A DNA stretch of 52,808 nucleotides, counting the filler, from Catajapyx aquilonaris (Eukaryota), in NCBI GenBank assembly GCA_000934665.2. It is 2 parts of 2 records of this genome, joined end to end, with 100 filler letters (N's around TTAATTAATTAA, not from the genome) between each part and the next. Parts side by side here need not be neighbours in the genome. Positions count along the whole stretch, not along the records: positions 1 to 26,355 come from JYFJ02005221.1; 1 more part is not named here. The stretch is one strand, 5' to 3'. Numbering within the stretch: the first letter of the stretch is position 1; every line of letters begins with the position of its first letter. This document shows, in pieces, positions 1-14,800 of this stretch. The notes under the pieces are model-generated. The model searched no databases and was not told the DNA's origin. It worked only from the letters and a program-made list of their open reading frames with translations. Made by a program: the position numbers and the translations under genes.

Positions 1-220
1 GCCGTTCGGCAATAATCTTCTGAGGGGCAGGGCTAACAACTCAGATATCACGTGACGCATCTCAGAAAAATCTGAATTGCCGAATACGCCTAATATATAA
101 TATATAATTATATATTATATTATATTCTATTATATTATATTATATTATATATATAATATAAAACTTATATATTTATATAGTGTATAGTCCCTGGTGTAAA
201 CGCCGGGTAACCTGCTAGTT
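1..220 (-). mobile_element. Terminus of a Helentron/HINE-like repeat with AT microsatellite, cut by the contig start
   Basis: Reverse complement ACTAGCAGGTTACCCGGCGTT at ~199-219 is identical to the motif at 26259; TA-rich repeat at 91-180. Confidence 0.5.
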
Positions 221-764
221 ACTGATATTTAAATATCTCTTGACAGGTGTATTTGCAAGTTAATATAATTTATTAGGTTATGAATAGTGCCAGCTGTCCT
301 TCACATGCTGTTGTTGTTTTCCACTCTTGCAGATAAGTACATATGAACAACCCTGACAGCCACAAAAATTTATCAGTGTAATGAAGGCAGTAAAAGGAAG
401 ATAAAATGTACAAGTAGAAGGTTGATGATAAAGTGGAAGATTTGCATGCCTGTCCTGGCTATAGCTACTTTGATTTTAAGTGTATGCTGTCAGTGACACC
501 TCAACTAGGTCAAGTGGCATGTAATTTTACTCTGCATATTTACCCCATATTCTATTTTCTGGCTTTGATATCATGCCTGCACATTTGAGCTGTACTGAAT
601 ATATTAATTTATGATGATTTGTAAAACTGACATTACAATTCCACAACATTGCTTGTTCTCAAGCAAGTTGAAGTGTAAAAATTTGAAGGGTTTAAAGGGT
701 TTTAAAAACAACTGCATAGTTACTCTGGGATATGTAAATCCTCCATTGAAATAATTGAATAGCC

Positions 765-990
765 CAATAGAACAAGGGCCCATGTCCAGGGTGCGAAAAG
801 GGTGGGGGTGGAGAAATTAATTTTTAATTCCTAAGCTATTTGAGGTATTAAAATTCTTCATTGGAGCCGCGCCAACACATGTTAATTTTGGCACATCGAT
901 ACTGTGCACAGGCCGGCTGTTATTCCCAATTTTTAACCTTGGACTTGGACCCTTGTTCTATTGGGGTTCTATTGGGGAGACAAGGCAGTC
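765..990. mobile_element. Small MITE, with an inverted partial copy at ~2580-2690
   Basis: CCAATAGAACAAGGGCCCATGTCCAGG ... CCTTGGACTTGGACCCTTGTTCTATTGG inverted termini; 870-990 recurs inverted at 2580-2690. Confidence 0.6.
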
Positions 991-1007
991 AGTTAGGTCA
1001 GTGATAC

Positions 1008-1457
1008 ATTAGATAATGTGTATGGTGGACAGTATATCGATCTTTTTGTTTTATTTTGGTTTGGTCACCTGGGTCATTCCCCGAGGAGCATGAAGAGGTA
1101 AAAAGGGAGGGAGTCGGGGCACTGGGGATGGGAGGTTGTCAGTTGGGTCCAGGTCGCCAACCTAAGAGAGGTGTAAGGTTGTGCTTCACCAGAGTGACAG
1201 GTCATTGTTGTATTTTGTGACACCGGAGGTGGAAGTGTGGCTTTTTGTGGAACCCAGATCAGTTTTACGTATTTGGGCCTTATCCCCGAGAGTACTACAT
1301 TCATGCCCAAGACAGTATAGGCCCATACTGTGGGATTCGTGAGAAAGACTTCCTCCTTTTTACCTCTCTGTGCACCTCGGGAAATGACCCATGTGACCAT
1401 ACAAATATAAATCAGAAAAAGATCGATATACTGTACACCATGAACATGATCTAATAT
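1008..1457. mobile_element. Foldback MITE with ~100-bp imperfect inverted arms
   Basis: ACAGTATATCGATCTTTTT...GGTCACCTGGGTCATTCCCCGAGG is mirrored by CCTCGGGAAATGACCCATGTGACC...AAAAAGATCGATATACTGT. Confidence 0.65.
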
Positions 1458-2875
1458 ATCACTCTCCTCACACATCGACTGTCTCCTGCACACTTATTGT
1501 ATGTCCACTTTTAAGCAATAGCGAGATATGTCCACCATGGGATGCCTCAGCACTGTGCCTACCAGCTGCAGAAATGTGGTATGTCTTTTCCATGTTGACG
1601 TGCGACACGAACAAGATCATCGTTTCAGGATTATTCTTAATTTCTATAGGTGCTTAACCCTAATTAGACTGGTGGTTTTTCACGTTTTTGCAAGGATCTG
1701 CAAAAAATTTGCTTGCTTTGTCACTTGGGGAACGAGACGTAAATACAATAGTGAATAAGTTCGTAAAGTGTCCAGGCTTGATCCTGAGGCCATCTATGTA
1801 TTGTGACCCTCCTCTCATACCATACGGAGATGTAAATTCTTAAATGCGCAACAAGGTGGCGCAAGGGGTATGTTTCGCGCCTACTCCAATTTTTTGTCAC
1901 TCTGCCTGCTTGACAAAAAGTATATCGGTATGTAGCCTTGGCACCGCTGAACAAAGCAGTACATAAGCACATGGCATGAATAATGTTACAGGACAGGCAT
2001 GCCAGCAACAGAGACAAACACGGACCCTCCTCCCTGGTGTAAACCTCCCTTGCGCCACAGCTGTTCAAAAACCCCGAGGGGCATGCCCCCCTCCATCCTG
2101 ACAGAGGTCGGTTGGGAGATGCGCAGTGGCCCACCAGCAGCTAATTGGCATTTACGAACATTATTTATTTTAAAGCTATTGAATTATCGTTTGTACTAAT
2201 TTTAGGGTGGAATCTCTTGAGGAGGTTTAGGGGCAACTATGTATGCCAAAAATTTGCCGCCAAGGTCGGAATNTTTCGAAGTTTTTTTTTCAGCGGCTGC
2301 AAAAAGATGATTTCATTCAAGTTAATCTGGTTAATCCGGTTTATTTATGCAAGATTTTGTAGTCCAAAACTCGCGATTTTTTAAGTGCGAGAAAATTTTA
2401 AAAAGCCTCACAGAAACCACGTTACATAGTGTGAAAATGCTATAGTTTTGCCAGCAGAATTTTTTAAAGCCATCGTATCAGCATATGATACGCCCGTCTT
2501 ATTAGGGTTAAACTTTCAAGTCTTGTTTTCTCAAAACTGTGCATGTGTGACATACAATAAGTGTGCAGGAGACAGTCGTGACTGCCTTTTGTCTCCCCAA
2601 TAGAACAAGGACCCAAGTCCAAGATTAAAGATTTGGAATAACAGCTGACCTGCACACAGCATTGATGTGCCAAAATTAACGTGTTGGTGTTACTTAAGAA
2701 CTGTTTACGTATATCATGTTGTAAGTGGTATATTGCAAGAGCATGGGAAAGTGAAAGCTGTACTTAACAATTGGGGCTTTCTTAACCAAATCGAGAACCT
2801 TAATAATGGGGTCACTGATGCCAGTAAAGTAACTAGGCTGTATTTTAAAACCAAACATATGATTTTATGTGACAG

Positions 2876-5800
2876 TGCTTGGATGAGGTCCATGTGTCTG
2901 TGGAGACGTGTGAAGAGTTGCGGTCCGTGACTGGTGGGTTCAGCTTGTCTTCGTATGCTGGGGGTGGGAAGTATGGCTTCTCAGAAAAAGTCATCGACGG
3001 CATGACTGTCACTGTCAACAATGTTGTCGTCACCTTCAAGAGTCATGCCTTTGAAGCTTCAGTTCAGGTTAGTTATTACAGATTATTAGGTAGTTGAGTT
3101 GCAAAGTAGGCAACAAATTGATTGATCAAGAGCCTACTTGAATTTGAGTAGAGTCTGGATGTCCTCTACTAGGTAGTGGTGTTGACATGTGGGAAGTGAT
3201 GGGAAAGAAACTGATTATTCCCTCACCTGATGAACCCACTGTTGCAGACAATGTGTATACCCCACCTTTGACCTCTTGATCAGAATTCATCATTTAGTTA
3301 TGAGAAAATTAGATTGCATCCTTCCCGTCAATACTTTTCCCTCAGCTGGTATGGACATCAGTACGGAGATGCCAGGTCATAGTTATACCTATGACCAGCT
3401 ATGCCTCATGGCTTTAGGTACAGTACCGTTCATAAAGAATGGTACGACTCTACATGGATGAAATGTTTATTCTGTTCCCAACCCCTGGGTCGCCAGCATG
3501 TTTTTAGGGGTCACGAGGAAGTCCAGGAAAAGGGAATCAAAGTAAAGTAAAAAAAAGAGAACGAATCATTAAAATCTGGATGGGTCATACGAGTCACCAG
3601 AGGTCCAGAAAAGGTTGTCCATAGGGTTTTGTCGAATTAAGGTTGGGAATAATGCTCGATAATCAGGATAAACATTTCATCCATAGAGTCGTACCATTCT
3701 TTATGAGCGGGACTGTACTTCAGCTCTTTTTTTCTCTTCTAATGAATGGAACCAAGTGTACAACCAATTGTCCAAATCTTATTTCTTCATATAGTATCTA
3801 AAATAAGTTCATTTCTTGTGCAGAGTATGTGCAGTTTAATTGATGGCAAGACAATTTCTTTCAGTTGTCCCGCATTCGGCTGGAATCCCTGTCTCCTCTG
3901 TGGAAGAAGGTGGAGCTTCGGATGACCCGCCTGAAGGAGCCAGAACGTGGGGAGCTCTTGATCTTTAAGGAGTTAGAGTGGCAAACATTGAGGGTGGAGG
4001 CAAAGTCAACCCAGGATGCACACCTGACTCCACTCAGGTTGATCACCAACCAAGCTCGTTGCAGGATAACCATTAAGAAGCGGCTGTCTGACTGCCAAGT
4101 CATTGGGTCACAATTGGCATTCATCATGGATGACTTGCTCTGGGTTCTCACCGATTCACAGCTCAAAGCTGCCCTGCATTTTCTTGGCTCTCTCTCAGGA
4201 CTTGTTCAGAAGGCCACTGAGATGAGTCAGAAAGTCAAAGCTGCAAGGAAAATTGAGGTTGGTTTGATTTGTATTTATGGTGCCAGCATAATTTATTGCA
4301 TGAGGACTTGACTGTCATTGTGGTGTAGATAAATATTCATACAAAATGAAAATTTGTGATCTATGCTTTGTTGTGAGGACCCGTGAAACCATACAATGTC
4401 ATCATAAGTAATGGAATGGCTACCTGTAATTTGACTTGTTTTAAAAAGAAAAGCTAATTCAATTTTGTACTTAATTTTTCACTGCTGTGGTTATTGCACT
4501 AGTTATAACTGCATCTTGTGCATTTTCCAGTGCATTAGAACCCATCAGACGGTAGTTCTCAAAGGGTGTGTACAACATATGAGGTGCTACCCAAACGTTC
4601 GCGAACGAATTTTTTTCTGAAAAATTAGGTTGCCACACACCTTATTTTCCTCGATCACGTTCTAAGTACAGTGAAACCTATGTATAGCGGAATCGCACGG
4701 GACCCCAAAAAGTTTCCGTTATGGATAGGTTTCCGCTATATTAAGATCAAGGACGCTACTGATTTTTTTTTTCCTGCGAGAAAGAGAGGAAAATGGGGAG
4801 AGCAAAAATAAGTGCCTTACCCAAGGGGGGTAAACTATTGTTTATCCGCAGTTGGGCGGGCGGGGGCCCTCCCGACGGTTGGCAACGTTGTGTCGCAAAC
4901 AATTGGGTGCCTTGATCTGCTGCCAGCCAAATTCGAATGCCTTCACGGTTGCTTGACGGAGTGTCATTCTTTGGGTTAACGGACTGCAGCAACCATCATG
5001 GCTTTCATATTTCCCACCTCCTTCATTAATACTGTGGTCCTAGCACTCATCTGATCGGTTTGCGTGGCAGGGGTAAAAAAGACGCTGTTTGTTGTGCTCT
5101 CCCTGCAACCGATTGTTTGCACCCCGTAGCCAACATGTTTGGAGCCCACCACACCTTCCCAACCCCGCTGCGTCGCTAGGTGCGGATAAACGATAGACTT
5201 TCCTGGAATTGGCCTGGATCTGGCCTGGAACCAGGTGGAACTGGGGTTCCAGGAACTGGTGTACACTTATTGGGGGAGTGGCTAATCCCTTGACCTTACC
5301 TCAATATGGTGCAAAATCAGTCCATGCAGAAGACCTATTGTATGTGCTATTTGTGGAATAGTCTGTTTTGCCTGGCTTATTGGACATCTTTAAAAATGGC
5401 AGTTTCGTTGCAGTTGAAAATGTCCTCCTTGGACCCCAAACAAACTCTTCCCACCTTCCCCTTCCAATTTTCTACTTCGAGATTCATGACACTTGTATCA
5501 CCACACACTGTTATCCAAGAAATTCTGTGCTTATTGCGGAAACTTTCCAGCACCCATTTAAAGCACTAAATTTTGCAACACCAACATTTTGGGCTATAAT
5601 TTTGCCTGCTCCATTGGACCATCAGCCCGGACTCGGGCAATGTGTTGAACCCGTGTCAACCTCTTCCTCTTCCCCAACATTTTAAAACGGGACTGAACCG
5701 TGAACTAAATTTGAAGGCATCTACGAATCACATGAGTCACATCTTCTTGGCCCGCCCCACAAGCGGTTTTTCCAGTTTCCAACCAAAAATAGTCCCCTTT

Positions 5801-8800
5801 ATCTCCAAGGCCATGGGCCGGTAGCAATTCCAGCAATTATGAGACGCACAGACTGTCCAAAAAGGGTTACTCAGAGGCCTCCTGAGAGGGCCGATAGGAA
5901 ACTCAGCTGTAGTTTCTATTTTTGTGACCCGTAGGAGATAATGTGAGCCTTTTGATTTCCATTATGAACAGAGATTTTCTCTGGAGGGAGACAAAAGTCT
6001 CTTCTGTTTCCGCGTTGGGAAGGTTCCGTTATATCCTTAAAAAATGCGTTGTATGCCCTATGCATATACCCTTTCCCAGGAATTATTCCACAGTGGATAG
6101 GTTTCCCCTATACCTAGGGTCCGTAATGGGCAGGTTTCACACTGTAGTACCCTTTGGAATGTAGATGCCGATCCCAGTGCTCTTCCCACTATTTGAATAC
6201 TTTGTGTAAGTAATTTTTTGTTAGGGTGCTCAGCACCGTCTGTGATTCTTCTTGGACCTGGTTTACGGAGTAAAATCTTCCTTTCAGCTTAATTTTCATT
6301 TTCGGGAAGAGGTAGGAGTCACAGGGAGCTAAAACTGGCGAAAGAGGTAGCTGAGGGTCAATCATATTGTGGGACGCCAAAAACTGCTGCTCAGCAAATG
6401 CAGCATTAGCTCCGCTTTGTGATGATTATGTTCTCACGCCACTTACCAAGGCATTTCCTTGGAATGTCCTCCCTCAGCAGCCTTTTTCGACAGATTTAGT
6501 GCCCTGCGACTTGTTACTCTTCCCGGAAATGAAAATTAAGCTGAAAAGAAGACGATTTGAGAATAATTTCACTCACTTTCTCGGGGGTGTGCTCTTCAAA
6601 GGATGTCCAGAAGGAGCATCATCTTCCACGGTCAGATGTGGCCATCTTTAACCCTAGTATACCATTTGTATGCCCGTCAAGTATTGTCACCAAATGCATC
6701 TTGTGAGTTTGCAGCACTTTTGCCAAGTTTGAAACAAAGTTTACACTGTTATTTCAGGTCATCCATTTTCACCCCCTGATAAATCGCAGAACATGACGCT
6801 ACAAAAAGCCCCACAGAAACTGATCCATTCAACTTGTGACGCTGCCATTTGACTTAGAAGTTCAGAAAGGTCACCTGCAGCACTGCTTAGAGTGGTAGCG
6901 ACAAACTATAAGCGGTTCAAAAGTATTGGTGCTAGTTCGCGAACTTTTGGGTAGCACCTCGTAGCAAGTTATGAGAGGAGCTGAAAAATGTTCTGGGAAA
7001 AATTATTGCTTATCAAATTTGAATGGCATGTTTTGAATATTGCAATAGCTGGCTTAATTTACACCATGGTTATCTAGAAAGTGCACAAAACTAGATGCAT
7101 GCAGCATGTGAAAGTCCCTCTGACACGATTGATAATGGGATAATGGAAAGATGTTTCATCAGATCAGTGTAATGATCATGATGCTGTATTAAGTGTGATA
7201 GCTGTCTTGTATAGGAAAAAATCTGCATCTCCCAATATGTAGTGAGGTTGCTTGTCTGGCTCCCTTGGATAGGCTAGTGGAGCTGGATGAGCAACACTCA
7301 ACCTCATTTTACATCAGAGATACAGCTTTCTTTCCTAAACAGGGTAGATTTGTCATAAGTTGCATTTGAGGCGGAGTGGGATTTCAAGGTAGCAGTGGAT
7401 ATTTTAAATGGGAGAAACTTTTGTCTGCTGCAGATGTTGCAAATGTGAGATACAAAGATACTATTTTTGGTGATCATAATGTTAATTATGGATATGTTCT
7501 ATTGCCTGAGACTTGGTTGTACATGTGTCAGTGCATGCACAAACCCATACATGAGAGATGGAGAGGGAGAGGAAACACGTGTTTTTGAATTACACGAGAT
7601 TTGCAATTGCTTGACAATTACCATTTACTCAGGCATTTAAGCTTGATTTTCACTACAGTCTACATAAGGTACATTCGGGAAAGTTTGAGGTGCACCTGAT
7701 AAAAAGATATTCCCATTATGGCCTGGGGAGTCGACACATCCCAAGAGGTGCAACAGATAGTAATTTATTTTTGCTTTTTATTTATCCCTCATTAAAAATT
7801 CATGAAACCTATAACAACAGTGTGTCTGATGGTTACCTCCAACCAGGTGTGTGTAATATGACTAGAATAGCTCCTGAGATCCTCCATAGACCAACACAAT
7901 ACCCTACTGGCAGTTTGTTGCAAATCTTCCCATCAGTTATGCATATGTGGCCCACCTGAGAGAGGCGGCACCTTGTCAATCAGGGAGTGTTCCCTCCAAC
8001 TGTGCAATTAATGACAATTAAATTCTTTTTAAAACTAAGAATTGAGTTATGTTTTTGGGTGGGAAATGCTGATGGGGTTTGGGGGAATTCTTCCATGCCA
8101 AATTGATAGGTCAAGGTGAGCAGTATTTTTGGCATGATTGTTTTTATTAGGGCAAAAAATAAGGTAATTGCAGTATTGTGGGCCTAAGTTTGCAAATTAT
8201 TGTTGTTAGAAAACTGATTTTTTCTAATATAACGACTTTGTCAGGTTGTAATATTGTCGTGTTTCTGTCCTTCATGGATGATTTCTTAATGTTAAAAAAA
8301 ACCATTCATTCTTCCTCTTAACTCATTCCTGTGTACGATGTTGTTCCTCTGACAGAAGAACTAAATTCATATGATGCAAGACTTCTAAATCCTTTCATGC
8401 AATGTGTGTGCAAAGATTCACAACCTATCAACCACCATCCCATGACTTCTACTTCACACCACTGCTATCTTTCCCGCAATGGCCCACAAACCAGATGTTA
8501 ATATACATGTTAATATATGTCGGCTTATTGATTGGTGTTCGTGACCCTCAAATGATTCATGGTCACTTCTGTACTGGGCCTAAATGTTAATAATTTTTTT
8601 TACTTTATTAGCCCTCATGCATTTATTGTTCATGCACTTGTATGATTTCATACCTGACCTCACATGATTGTAAAGCCTGTCTCAAATGTTCTCGATCTCT
8701 TGGGACTCATGTATTACAATTTTATGCTATTATGTGGAATGTGTGTAACAGTAGCTCAATTTCAATTAGAAATGTTCTAGCATTGCATGCAATGATTCTG

Positions 8801-11800
8801 TTCTGCATGCATCCTTTTCTTATTTTGCTTTACCACTATTGTGCACTCTCCTTATTTATTTTTCCCTCCCCTTGCTTTTGTTTTTGTATTTGGGGTTTCT
8901 CCAACCCCAAGACCCTTCCAGAGTACAAAGCACAAATTTCGCAGCAGGCCCAGGGTCAGGAGCAGAAGAGTGCAGCAGCCAGAGTCTTTGCCAGATATGA
9001 TGTGGTGGAAACTTCATACCACTTCTACTCAGACAGGATAGACCTGCATTTCTGTGATGATCCTGGAGGTTAGTTGAGATCAATTTTTGATGACTTTGCA
9101 CAGTGGTACACATACACAGTGTTCCAAATTTGTGGTTCGTTTAAAAAAAATTATAACTGATATCACCCAATAGTAGTGATTTTTTGTAGCTAGTTGTGCC
9201 CCAATCCACGTTCCCCATTGCTATAGAATTGGGCACGTGGTTAGGAGCACAACAAGCTACAAAAAAAATACTATCGGCAATATCAGTTATTAAAAAACGA
9301 CCTACGAATTTGGAACCCCTGTATATGTGATCATAGTAAAAGGCACGTTGCAGAGCATTCAGTGGACCAAACTGAATTTTTCAGATGGGCGCTCGAGCCA
9401 CCCTGAGCTGGTGGATGGAGGTGCTTTCCAGGTAACGCTTCAGAAGCTTCAGGTGGACTACTACCCTTACCATCTGAATAGTAGGGATAGGAAGCACTGG
9501 CTTAGGTACAAGAATGGTCCTCACCTGCTGTGGCTCAACCAGTCTTTCTGCAACTTCAGGTTTGAGGCTTTTTTTTTTTTTTTTCAATCTCGGATTTGTC
9601 ATAATTTAATGCTGTTAATTGATTTTTCGGCTGTTAGTTAAAGTATAATTTTTTATTTGTAACAAAATTGATGAGACTACGAGTTTTACCTTATTTGGTG
9701 AAAGTAACAGCAGCACGTGCACAGTATTTAAGCATGAGCAATTCAGTCATAAGTAAATAACTTACGAGAAATACTCTTCTTGACAGATTGGCCTGCACAT
9801 GCTCACTTAATGTATGTTTAGTAGTTTTTTGAAGTCATTTTTGCTATTGACAGGACTGTACTTTTGGACCTAATAAGAGGGGCCAAAACACACCATGTCC
9901 CATTGAACCGAGCAGCCCCTCACACAGCAGGAACACCAACCCCAGCAGCAAAAACTGGAGGGACACCTGCTTCCAGTGCACAGGTGGTGGGCTTTTTTCT
10001 TCCATGAGCCTAAAGGCTGTTGCATACAATGCATACATATGGCAGCATCCACTGCCTGTGCAACTTGTGTGTGTGGTAGAAAGCATTATCTGAATTACAC
10101 TGTGAATCCAACTTCATGGATGTTCAAATTAGTCCCAGTTGGCTTGGGCTCTGGCACTTCTGCCAGGCCCAGATAACCCCCACCACACCCAATCTGTCTT
10201 TCACCTAGCCTGTGCAGTGTGGTGGGTGCAAGAGTTGTACTCATGGTGTAGGATATAGCTCTAAATCATGCATTCAATTCATGCGTCTAAGGGGGCCAGG
10301 GCATGTGGTCTAAAGGGCAGGAGCATGCTCATTGGATTAATGAATCTGATGGCACCTTGTGCAAGGGCCTGAATAGTTAGCCATTTTGCTAGATCATGGT
10401 CTTTAAAAAAAGTATGAGTTTCGATGAGTATTTGGCAGTAATAATAATCAATCAGAATTGTTATTCATTATTGAATGTTCATATAGAATTATTAAGTTAT
10501 GTTCTCTCATGTAAGCTGGCTATTAATTTTCTCGTGAACTTGTTTCAAATCCAGGCGGAGTCAAAGAAGCATAGCGAGAATCCAGGAAGCTCAAGTCCAA
10601 TGAAAACTCTGGTCCTCACCCAGCTGGCAAAGCTGATGTGTTCATGTTTGGTGCTTAGGATAGATAACTTCACTCTCTATAGGGTTACCACAAGCAGGAG
10701 AAAGCAAACTCCTAGGGAATTTGTCACTGGTAAGGCATTGTTCTGGTACTTGTGTGTAAATTTAATTTGTTTAAACAATTCACATCAGTTTTACACCTAC
10801 ACTAAACTCAAAATGTGGTCAAAATTTAACTTGTAAGGTGTGTTCAAAGGAATAACAACTTTCAATATATCTAGTGGATTGTAAAAAATGCCATTCACAT
10901 ATACCATGATCCTTTTAGGCTATTTTCACTCGAGGCCACCATGGCAACGCTGCTGCATAAATTAGGCAGCTATGCTGGCCGCAAGAAAAGTCGCATCTCG
11001 TGTGCAAGGCTTCATATTATTCAATGCAAACACGTGGCGTCGCGGCCAGCTGGCAGAGGCTGGCAGCACCGAAAGTCGCCCTGCCCGCCACCAGCATTTC
11101 TGGCAGCGCGTGGGCAGCGCTGCCAACCACCACGTGTGAAAGGCTCCACTTGCTGCATTGCAAATACCTGGCGGCGCTGCCATGGTGGCCTTGTGTGAAA
11201 ATATCCTTAAAGTAAAATCCTCAGGGTGCTTTTTCACTTTATATGGAGGACATGTTGTGTAGAGAACTATTATTTTGACAGACATGTCTTAAATGAGAGA
11301 GAATCTGTTAGGAAACCAATATTTATTGCGAAATTGACTTTCAATATGCATTTTAAAAGACAATAGGTGTGATTTACATCATTGAGCCACAAACTAAAGT
11401 TTATTGTTTACCAAGAGTCCTAGACACTTGTTAGAATGTATCGGAAAGCAAATTAGCACTTTGTCAGCACGTAATCTCGCAAAAATCCAGAAATCATTGT
11501 ATGGGCACATCTGTTTCAAGTCTGCACTGAAATACTGCCTAAGTGCAAATGTCCCAAATTCCACCCATTTCCTGAGAAAAAAAGATGACAAATGAACACC
11601 TGCCAATCTTTACTTGCCAGGTTTTTTGGAGCCAAATCCATGGATTGCCAAGAAATTCTCCATAAATTGTAGCCAGGGCCCCAGAACAGTGGGATATGAG
11701 AACATGTCCAGTATTCTTTCAAGGTGAAACTAGGGTGAAGATATTGGCAGAGTTCAACATTGCATATTAAGTAGCGTAGGTAAATTCATGGAGGGTCTCG

Positions 11801-14800
11801 GCTTGATTGGAACTCAAAGAAGGCAACTGCCGATGTGATTGACTGTGGCATGGCAGCCTATGTGGGGACAGCTGTGTTGAGTGTCAGTTATGTGATTGTT
11901 TGAGACAATAGGAATCAGGAGACAAGATTAGCAGAGAGTTTTGGGAGTGGGTCTGGAAAAAAAAAACAGGCACTTATTCATTGACATTTGTTTCATGTGT
12001 GATGCGCGCATACAATGTAACTCCTGACAGTGCGGGAATTTTTGGAACATGGTTCCTTTGAAGTCTCCTTGTTTCCCGGCTATCCACTGTGAGACTTCAA
12101 GGATAATCTGAGCTACTAAATATGTTAGAGAAATTCAAGTTTAATATGAAACTACTTAATGTCATTGGAACAGCTGTGGAAATAAACACTGCCAAAAGTG
12201 CGATTTAATTATTCTGCACAAATTTCAAATGGAATATCCTTTGGAATATTGGAAGCTGCTACTTCTTGGAGCACATTTCATTTTGACTCTTTCTCTACTG
12301 GCTTCGCTGAGTTTTTGTTTGCCCTTTCCCATTTTCGGCCCTCAAAGGATGGAGTAGTAAGAAGCTGAAGCAAACAGGTATATCTTGAGAATGTTTAATA
12401 GTGGATTTGCTTGAACAATCGATTGATTTGAATTTTTGTTTGATATTGCATATTTTTTAGTTTGACCACATGCATGCTGTATGCTCTGACACGTAGTTGT
12501 AGTTTGCAGAGGTGAGTTAGAAGTAGTTTAGTACTAGGCTTGGTTTCAAGTCATGGCTGGGTCTTAACTGATTGATCAATTTGCAGGTGATAAGGAGCAC
12601 TTTCCTGTTCCGGAGTCGCAATCATTGCTTCATGCAGAGTTCACCTGGTATTATTATCCAGGGGATGAGAGTTTTCCATGTAATTTGACTTTGTCATCAA
12701 TAATATACCATTATTGATAATTGCTTGAAATATAATCTTGTTTATTTCCTGCAGTACCACCTCCCAAGTTGTATGTCCAGCAAAATCCTGTGCAGGTATT
12801 TCTGGACACTTGCACAATGTTGTGGCTCAACTCATTTTTGCTGAGTCTGCAGAAGAGTCTGGATACAGGACAGAGTGTGGATTCATACATGGATGTCAAG
12901 TTTGAGGCCATCATGCCTAGGGTGAGTCAAGGGAGCTCAGAAAGTAGTGTGGGAGTCATTGGGTACTTGAATTGGAAGTTGGAATAAGTGGTACATGACA
13001 GGTGCAATCTAAATGTTATGAGAATTTACATTTTATATCTCTCCATCCTCCTCCCCTAGAGGTAGCTCTAAATGATAAAACATTTACTCGACAGCTCATC
13101 TATGAAAATGTTCGTGAATACAATAGCCAGAAGGATCGGCCCAAGTCTCTCCACCTCCAGGTGTCCCGTCTGCTTGTGTCCAACTTTCGCTCACATGAGA
13201 CTGGGTCAAGGGCTGACCTAGCTAAATGCATAGAGCAGTTTCAGCAAGGAGACTTATTTTTTGGCTCTGGATTCCCATCTGAGAGTGGGGACTACCATGT
13301 GGTGATTGAGCGATTTTTGAAGCATGTGACTGGAGAGGACGATATCAGAGGACCGCCTACTGTACACACAGGGACTACGTATGAGCTACAAAGATCCTTG
13401 AAGAGGGAGCTCATGTGGACTGATGCCAAAGATGTGTGGTACCTTCACCTGGACCCAGTCTGGGGTGACTTTTATGGGGTCAGTGCCACCAGGAACAGAC
13501 CTGTGGCATTTCTTGATGCCTTTCCTCTTACTGTCTGGGCATATCTCAATGAGCCTTCCAAACAGGTGAGACTAGTTGCAGGGTAGGGGAAAGGAGATAT
13601 GTAAACACAAGAGCCTGTGTGGTAATTTTTTCAGAACTGACTCTTACTTTTCTTCTATATTTCTCAGCAAGCAGCAATGCATGTCCTAGCACATGTCCAG
13701 AGCCTAGTCAGCATCCAGCTGAACCACTACCAGTACCTGTTCCTCCTCCGTATGCTGGAGGGACTAGGGGAAATGTCCACGTTTGTATCCCGAGACTCCC
13801 TCAGGATACGGGGTTCAGATGAGGCAGGCAGCTTATGTGTGGGGGCTGTCCTGCCCCAAGTGGATCTCAACCTGATAGTCCCCACACAGACTCCTGGCAA
13901 GGAGTCACCTGCTGGAGACTTGGAATCTATTATGCCTGATTCTTCCGAACTGACTGATGTGCCTGATGGGGATTCCACACATTGTGGTGGGAGTGGAAGC
14001 ATTGGGGGTAGGAGCCTGGGTGGTGGGGGAGGGGGAGGTGGAGATGGGAGGAGCAATGGAGACAAGGTTGGATGTGTGACTGAATCACTCTCAGACCAGT
14101 GCTTGCAGAAGGACACCAGAAGGGGCAGTATTGAGCAGGGAATAGGTGTGTGCATTTTTATGCAATTGCATTGCATTGGAAGTTAATTCTATCCTAAGAG
14201 TGCTAGCTGCTTGAACAATTGTAAAGCAAGAATGGAGAAATAGTATGCCATGTAAAATTCTCATTAATGTTAGTTTGTGTCCTCTCGGACTAGATCATCA
14301 TCACGTGTCACTTGCCCCTGGGCTTAATGATAGGATTTTCCAACTTAGGAGATCCTCTTGCTTTGAGGTTGTTCCTAAAACTACAGTTAGGCCAAGTTTG
14401 AATTTAGAATAAGGGTTGTGTGGGAGAGTCTGAGCTATACACATTGTATCTGTGAGAACAATGGGGAAGGCGACTGGCAAAGCTGGGAATAGATGGCAGC
14501 ACTGAGCCATGAGACGTTGATATGCTCAACAACCTTCTGTTGATCTGCCGCTGGCGGCCTGGACTCTGGGCAGACCGGCCCCTTAATTTTTCTGGGGGCG
14601 AAGAGAGCCCTACTCTTCCATTCGCCGCGGGTTAGGAGTGGATCGGTCCGGGGACAGCCGCCTGCCGAATTTGTTTGTGGTGGCAAAGCTCGCTGCTTGT
14701 CAGCGCCTAGAGCCCTAAACTGTCGCAGGGAGTAATGGTTATGCGGCAGATGTCTGTGAAGGAGTTAAAAATTGAACTCAGGACTATCAGGAGGCGCAAT

